Shown here piece by piece: positions 35,721 through 41,682 of a stretch of DNA of 41,682 bases. Source of the DNA: Octopus bimaculoides (Eukaryota); contig NC_068987.1 in assembly GCF_001194135.2 (NCBI RefSeq), positions 25,371,049-25,412,730 on the forward strand, written 5' to 3'. The position numbers were made by a program, and so were the translations under genes. The notes under the pieces were generated by a model that saw nothing but the letters and a program-made list of their open reading frames with translations, ran no database searches and had not been told where the DNA came from. Numbering within the stretch: the first letter of the stretch is position 1; each line of letters begins with the position of its first letter.

Positions 35721-36190
35721 GGGCAAGGCGCTGGCAGAATCGTTAGCGAGTCGGACAAAATGCTTACTATCATTCCATCCGACTCTTTTTTGATTCTTAT
35801 TTCTTTATTGTCCACAAGGGGCTAAACATAGAGGGGACAAACAAGGACAGACAAAGGGGTTAAGTCGATTACATCGACCCCAGTGCGTAACTGGTACTTA
35901 ATTTCTCGACCCCGAAAGGATGAAAGGCAAAGTTGACCTCGGCGGAATTTGAACTCAGAACGTAACGGCAAACGAAATACCGCTAAGCATTTCGTCCGGA
36001 GTGCTAGCGTTTTTGCCAGCTCGCCGCCTCTTTACGTTCTGAATTCAGATTCCGTCGAAGTCGAAATTGTCTTTCATCATTTCGGGTTCGATGAAATAAG
36101 TACCAGTCAAGCACTGGGGTCGATGTCATTGACTAACCCCTGCCCTAACATTCCCGGCTTTGTACCTACAGTAGTAAGCACTATTATTAT
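35721..36190 (+). mobile_element. Family A SINE (outer element of a nested pair)
   Basis: Head 35721-35788 and remainder 36029-36190 rejoin into one contiguous copy. Confidence 0.85.
35789..36028 (-). mobile_element. Family A-type SINE with an alternative 3' tail, inserted antiparallel into the previous element
   Basis: Head GGCGGCGAGCTGGC ends at 36028 on the minus strand. The tail (rc of GATTCTTATTTCTTTATTGTCCACAAGGGGCTAAAC...) differs from other A copies. Short TSD (C)TCTTT at 35783-35788 and 36028-36033. Confidence 0.88.
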
Positions 36191-36458
36191 TTTTTCTTTT
36201 CTATTGCCAGTAGCTATGATGTTTAGAAATGCACTTCTTTTGGATGTGCAATGAAAAATTAATTGGTAACACCAAGATTGCTGAGTTTCAGACAACATCT
36301 TCATCAGTAATTTACATTCTGTGGTGTCAGGATTCTTATCTTTAATATTTTCCTCTTCTATTCTTTGCTGAGGTATCGCCTTTAAACAGGATTAATCCTC
36401 AGTTGTTGCTGGTGCTCATTTCCAGCTGAGGGCACTGAACTTAAGCAAGGTTCATATA

Positions 36459-36669
36459 CAGAGTGGCCCAAAAGTAGGTTTACAGTTATCACGTAAGCAC
36501 TTTAAATTTCTTTTAAAACATTTTAGTACATTTAAATTTCTATCTTACAAATTAACTAAATTACCATAGAATAATGATTTCATTTTTTTTTTATAATTAA
36601 GATCTAAAGTATTAATATATGAATACGAAAGAGATAGTTGAATAACTGTAAACCTACTTTTGGACCACC

Positions 36670-36672
<3 letters not shown>
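36459..36672. mobile_element. Tc1/mariner-superfamily MITE, 214 bp
   Basis: 31-bp TIRs CAGAGTGGCCCAAAAGTAGGTTTACAGTTAT (36459-36489) and the rc CAGGGTGGTCCAAAAGTAGGTTTACAGTTAT (36642-36672), 2 mismatches. TA on both sides, AT-rich non-coding interior. Confidence 0.92.
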
Positions 36673-36711
<39 letters not shown>

Positions 36712-37799
36712 NNNNNNNNNNNNNNNNNNNNNNATGTATGCATGTGTATATATGTGTTTTTATATTATTAATAAATTCATGAACTTATCAATAACATACT
36801 CAGGAAATCAATATTTAATATTTCGAAAAACATACATCCAATATGACACGGCAACATGATAAATTTAAAATATAAATATACGAAATATAAATATCAATAT
36901 GTATAAAAATCAGAATGTATGTATGTATGAAAAGAAATTCATATAGAGACAGTAAAGACAGCATTGAAAATCATAAAAAAAATAAAATGACAAATTTATA
37001 ACATAACAATAATTTTACATATTATAATGTGAAAGGGACTTTTGTATTATTCTTTATCTTACTCCACTAAATCGTGGTTTTAGTGTTCAGATCCACCGCA
37101 AGGGTTTCGTTACGTCTCTGAATAAGCTAGTTAATTTTATGCGGTCCGGTTTACTTAATGTATTAAAAGACATTTAGAACTTCCGAAAAACAATATTCGA
37201 CAGTTTGGCATTCTATCAAGGAAGACATGTTTTCTTTCGTCGCCTTATCACTTGACTAACCAACGTGGCATTTTGCCTATATGATCTGATTTTCTAAAAA
37301 GGATTAATTTAGCGATACCGTTCTAAGATGTGTCTTGTTCAATGTTGAATTTTCATGTAACTTTTGTATATGTAGGTTTCATGGCTTGCAAGACGCACCG
37401 CAATTTCCCAGGCTGACCTTGAACTAATTGAAGTAATTAAATACAAAATAAAAAAATACTCAGAATTTATAATTATTGGGGATTAATTGACTAATAACTC
37501 TAACGCTGTTGAATTTCTCACTACGTGCGGTTGTTCAAGCAATTCTTATATGTGTGTGTGTGTGTGTGTGTGTGCTTGCATATATGCAATCTATGTGTGT
37601 TGGAAAGAAAGTGAGAGACAGACAGACTGAATGAAAATGTCTGGATAGAGTGAACGAAGGTTTGAGCGAGATATTACAATCGAAGGTCAAGAACATACGC
37701 ATTCAGACCAGTTATAGATAATTTGGTTGACCTATTGGCAGAGATTGCCGGGATAAGCATTTCCATTGGCTTATATTTAGTCAAGGGTTGTATGGGAGG

Positions 37800-38340
37800 A
37801 TTTAAAGGGTTGTACATGAGCATGACTATAGTGGTAGTTATAATGGTGTTAGCTATATATGTTATCTGTAGTGTTATGTATGTGTGCTATTTGGTAGTAA
37901 TTGTGGTGACTGTTGTGATGTATCCGCTATGTGTTGTCTGTAGTAGTGGTAGTTGTGTTGGCAACGTATGGCGTTTGTCATGGCTGTAGTATTGGCTATA
38001 TGCACTTTCTGTAGTGGTGGCAACGGTGTTGGTTATGGATGCTGTCTGTTGTTGTGGTGGTAGTGGTGGTGAGAGATGAGGCTCTAATGATTGAGAATTG
38101 GCAGTGCTGACGGAAAAAAAGGTGAAGGTAAAAACTGATGAAGTATGAGTGTAGTGATGACGTTGATGATGATGATGATAATAATAGTAGGGATAGAAGT
38201 GTAGAGGCGGTGTTGTTGAAGTCTAGTCAAGTTATTAGGGGTGTAGAGGCTGTAGCGTTGGTTTTGAGGTGAAGATGTAGCAATGTTGATTCTAAAATAA
38301 TCTACGTAGAGGTGTGGAAGTAGTAGTGGTTGTAATGATT
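37800..38340. repeat. Degenerate (GTA/GTG/GAT)n low-complexity tract
   Basis: Val/Met-rich ORFs without a consistent frame. Confidence 0.7.
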
Positions 38341-38409
38341 TTGCATCAATTCTCGGTGTGACTAAAACTGTATAGCTAGGACTATATAGCTATTATACAG
38401 CGTCTTTCC

Positions 38410-39051
38410 TTACTCTTTTACTCTTTTACTTGTTTCAGTCATTTGACTGCGGCCATGCTGGAGCACCGCCTTTAGTCGAGCAAATCGACCCCAGGACTTA
38501 TTCTTTGTAAGCCTAGTACTTATACTATCGGTCTCTTTTGCCGAACCGACAAGTTACGGGGACGTAAACACACCACCATCGGTTGTCAAGCGATGTTGGG
38601 GGGACAAACACAGACACACAAACACACACACATATACAAATAAATATATACGACAGGCTTCTTTCAGTTTCCGTCTACCAAATCCACTCACANNNNNNNN
38701 NNTGCTGGAGCACCGCCTTTAGTCGAGCAAATCGACCCCAGGACTTATTCTTTGTAAGCCTAGTACTTATACTATCGGTCTCTTTTGCCGAACCGACAAG
38801 TTACGGGGACGTAAACACACCACCATCGGTTGTCAAGCGATGTTGGGGGGACAAACACAGACACACAAACACACACACATATACAAATAAATATATACGA
38901 CAGGCTTCTTTCAGTTTCCGTCTACCAAATCCACTCACAAGGCTTTGGTCGGCCCGTGGCTATAGTAGAAGACACTTGCCCAAGGTACCAAGCAGTGGGA
39001 ATGAACCCGAAACCATGTGGTTGGTAAGCAAGCTACTTACTACACAGCCAC
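38410..39051 (-). mobile_element. Family B SINE, low divergence; shown with a 237-bp duplication across a 10-N gap
   Basis: 38456-38692 is identical to 38703-38939, including private variants. The true element is about 400 bp. Confidence 0.9.
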
Positions 39052-39056
39052 TATGA

Positions 39057-40220
39057 TTTATAAATGATTTGAGGGAGATTTAGCTATGCTGGTCTTGTTG
39101 TTGGAAATAGTGGTGCTGTAGTTAGTATTATTGATGGTGTGGTTGTTTAGTCGCAGGTCAGCCTTGATTGACCAGATGTATGATCAAAGGCGTTGCTGCC
39201 ATGACCATTTCCTCCCTATTCCCGAGTATCAAATACTTAGAAATACATTATGTAACGTGTCACCTTTTGAAGCCAAGGGGGATTAATTTAAAAGAGATTT
39301 GAGATCTATTTCTAGCAGGTTATCTATGCAGAGGCTGTATCATTCACTTGGAGTGTTATTTTTGCTATTATTTAGCCCTAGGTCAATCTGGCTCAAGTAG
39401 GTTTACGGTCAAAGACATTCCACAGTGTCTTCTTAGGAAAAGTGTTTAGGATTATATTATCTAATGTGTCCATTTTTCAAAGACAGTATGAAGAATAGGC
39501 GCAGGAGTGGCTGTGTGGTAAGTAGCTTGCTTACCAAGAACCAACATGGTTCTGAGTTCAGTCCCACTGCGTGACACCGTGGGAAGGTGTCTTCTACTAT
39601 AGCCTCGGGCCGACCAAAGCCTTGTGAGTGGATTTGGTAGACGGAAACTGAAAGAAGCTCGTCGTATATATGTATATATATGTATGTGTGTGTATATGTT
39701 TGTGTGTCTGTGTTTGTCCCCCCACCATCGCTTGACAACCGATGCTGGTGTGTTTACGTCCCCGTAACATAGTGGTTCGGCAAAAGAGGCCGATAGAATA
39801 AGTACTAGGCTTACGAAGAATAAGTCCTGGGGTCGATTTGCTCGACTAAAGGTGGTGCTCCAGCATGGCCCCAGTCAAATGACTGAAACAAGTAAAAGAG
39901 TAAAAGAGTAAATAGAGAATTCAATGTTAGACACATGAAAGAAAGTGTTGCTGTTATTTAGCGCTAAGTCAGCCTTGATAGAGTAGACTTAGGATCAAAG
40001 CCCTTCCTATCATGACCATCCGTCGTTTTCAAACAATATGAACTCTGGATGTACAGAGTATAATTTGCACGAGATTTTGGTTACTATTTGTTGCTGCGCC
40101 CGAGATCAAACAAATCAAAGGACTACGATCAAAATTATTCTTGCCGTGACCACCTCCTTATTCAAGATCATAGCGTATATAATTTGACATAGTTTTGGTT
40201 GCTATTTGTAGCAGGTCAAT
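39057..40220 (+). mobile_element. Cluster of degraded family C repeats (about 4 copies) with a family B SINE inserted among them
   Basis: Recurring TTTAG(C/T)C...GGTCA...TGATCAAA and (G/C)TATTT(C/G)TAGCAGG motifs at about 39140, 39305, 39370, 39955, 40130 and 40200. Confidence 0.55.
39498..39912 (+). mobile_element. Full-length family B SINE
   Basis: GGCGCAGGAGTGGCTGTGTGG head, B-box GAGTTCAGTCCC, internal (TA/TG)n, tail GAAACAAGTAAAAGAGTAAAAGAGTAAA. Confidence 0.92.
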
Positions 40221-40572
40221 ATAATAAAAGTGTCATACTATTGAACTAACGACACAGTTTCCATTCTCGATTAAAAAACATTCTAATCACAATAATATAA
40301 ATCTTGCAGGTACCTAACCACATCTTTACTGCCTAGATTTACTATATTTACGTTACAGTTACCTCCAATTGTCATCTAGTTCTGTTTCTGAAATGCGTAC
40401 ATAATCCCAGACTGATTTTGATGAACTATAGATAATAGCGTTTTTTGATCCACTATACCACTGAAGTACTGGAGAATAAAAACGTTATGAGCTTAGTTTA
40501 GAAATAATAGTTTTTACAGAAAATATTTTGACAATTCTGTTTTTGTTTTTTTTTATACAATTCCTAATAATA

Positions 40573-40774
40573 TTCAATAATCTTTTCTACTAAAGGCAAA
40601 AGGCCTGAAATTTGGTGGGAGGAGACTAGTCGATTGCATCGACCTCAGTGTCTCACTGGTACTTAATTTATCGACCCCATAAGTATGAAAGGCAAAGTTG
40701 ACCTCGGCGGAATTTAAACTCAGAACGTAAAACATTTTTGCCCGGCATGCTAACGATTCTGCCAGCTCGCCGCC
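40573..40774 (-). mobile_element. Family A SINE with a short internal deletion
   Basis: ATAATCTTTTCTAC tail to GCCAGCTCGCCGCC head. Lacks the GACGAAATxCCGCTAAG segment. Confidence 0.88.
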
Positions 40775-40859
40775 TAATAACATTTAATCCAATTATAATG
40801 GGATTTTTTTTTCAAATATCGAAAGGCTACGAGGGTCCATCTGAGTGAAATAGGAATCA

Positions 40860-40896
40860 AAGAGGTCCACAGGTTAAAATGGTTGAGGGCCACTGC
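40860..40896. mobile_element. Possible hAT-type MITE terminus
   Basis: AAAATGGTTGAGGGCCACTG resembles the rc of a CAGTGGTTCTCAACC-type hAT TIR. The partner end was not found. Confidence 0.3.
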
Positions 40897-41159
40897 ACTA
40901 ATCATTTTATTTCTTTCATTTAAATCTTCCTTTCAGTAATCCCCCCCCCTAACACCTTTCCCTTTTCTCAATCATCACTTCACTGCTTATATCTGCTTTT
41001 CCTTCCATATATCTCCTTTGTTCTCCTTTCACTAATCTCCCCTTCTTCTACTTAGCTTTCACCGCTCCTCCTAATTTACTCCGCTTCTTTCTTTCTTTCG
41101 TCTTATCCTTTTTACTTTCTCTTCAACCTTCCACACCGGTTTCTTTTACTGCCGGTCCA

Positions 41160-41530
41160 TCTTCACGAACTACAGTTCGACAAACACCAGCACCACATAC
41201 ACTACCACTACCGATACCGACACCACCACCACCACCACCACCACTGCAACAACGACAACAACGAGCAACAATACCACCATCACCATCAACAGTAGCTATT
41301 TCTAACACTGCAGCTACCCACCACCACCACTACCACCAACACCACCACCACCTCCTCCACGACAACAACAACAACCAACGCTAACACTACAACGTCTACC
41401 ACAACAACTACACAAATAACAACACATATATCCTCCCACCACATACCAGCCATCAACAACGACTACACCTCGAACAAAAACTGCTACCGAAACCCCCATC
41501 GATGCCAACATCAGCAACACCACTACCATC
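41160..41530. repeat. Degenerate (ACC/ACA)n low-complexity tract
   Basis: Thr-, Pro- or His-rich in different frames, each broken by stops. Confidence 0.75.
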
Positions 41531-41682
41531 TAATTGATACTATACTAATGAACTATAAACGCAAAATAAATAACAGTTTGATGAATGAATGAAGGAGGTG
41601 GTTCTCGGTGCCCCCAACACTTCATAAACTGGATAGATTCCAGTATTGATTTAGGGCGGGGAGCATCATACGTTGACCATCG

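Noticed and set aside
38456-38939. Perfect 237-bp direct duplication of a SINE segment
   Set aside because: The two copies are identical, including private variants, and flank a 10-N gap. This is the pattern of an unmerged contig overlap, not biology.

Overview
AT-rich eukaryotic DNA with dense microsatellites, interspersed repeats and nine N-gaps, consistent with a short-read scaffold. The repeats resemble octopus tRNA-derived SINEs, so a coleoid cephalopod (Octopus) is inferred, not shown. Most of the ORF track is microsatellite or low-complexity noise. The window holds roughly 25 copies or fragments of four interspersed families (my labels A, B, C, plus one young TSD-flanked SINE), one clean Tc1/mariner-type MITE, several heavily decayed retroelement-like relics and short tandem arrays. 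The one convincing coding signal is at 29760-30255 (+). It encodes a mariner-transposase N-terminal HTH (HTH_48-like) with no catalytic DDD domain and no flanking TIRs. It continues in frame into an acidic linker and a basic patch and ends at a CTG|GTAAGC donor. Two phase-compatible downstream exons (32307-32457, 32579-32663) would give a 243-aa protein with a helical, TPR-like C-terminus: a candidate host-transposase fusion. All alignments and family or domain calls were made by eye without database searches.
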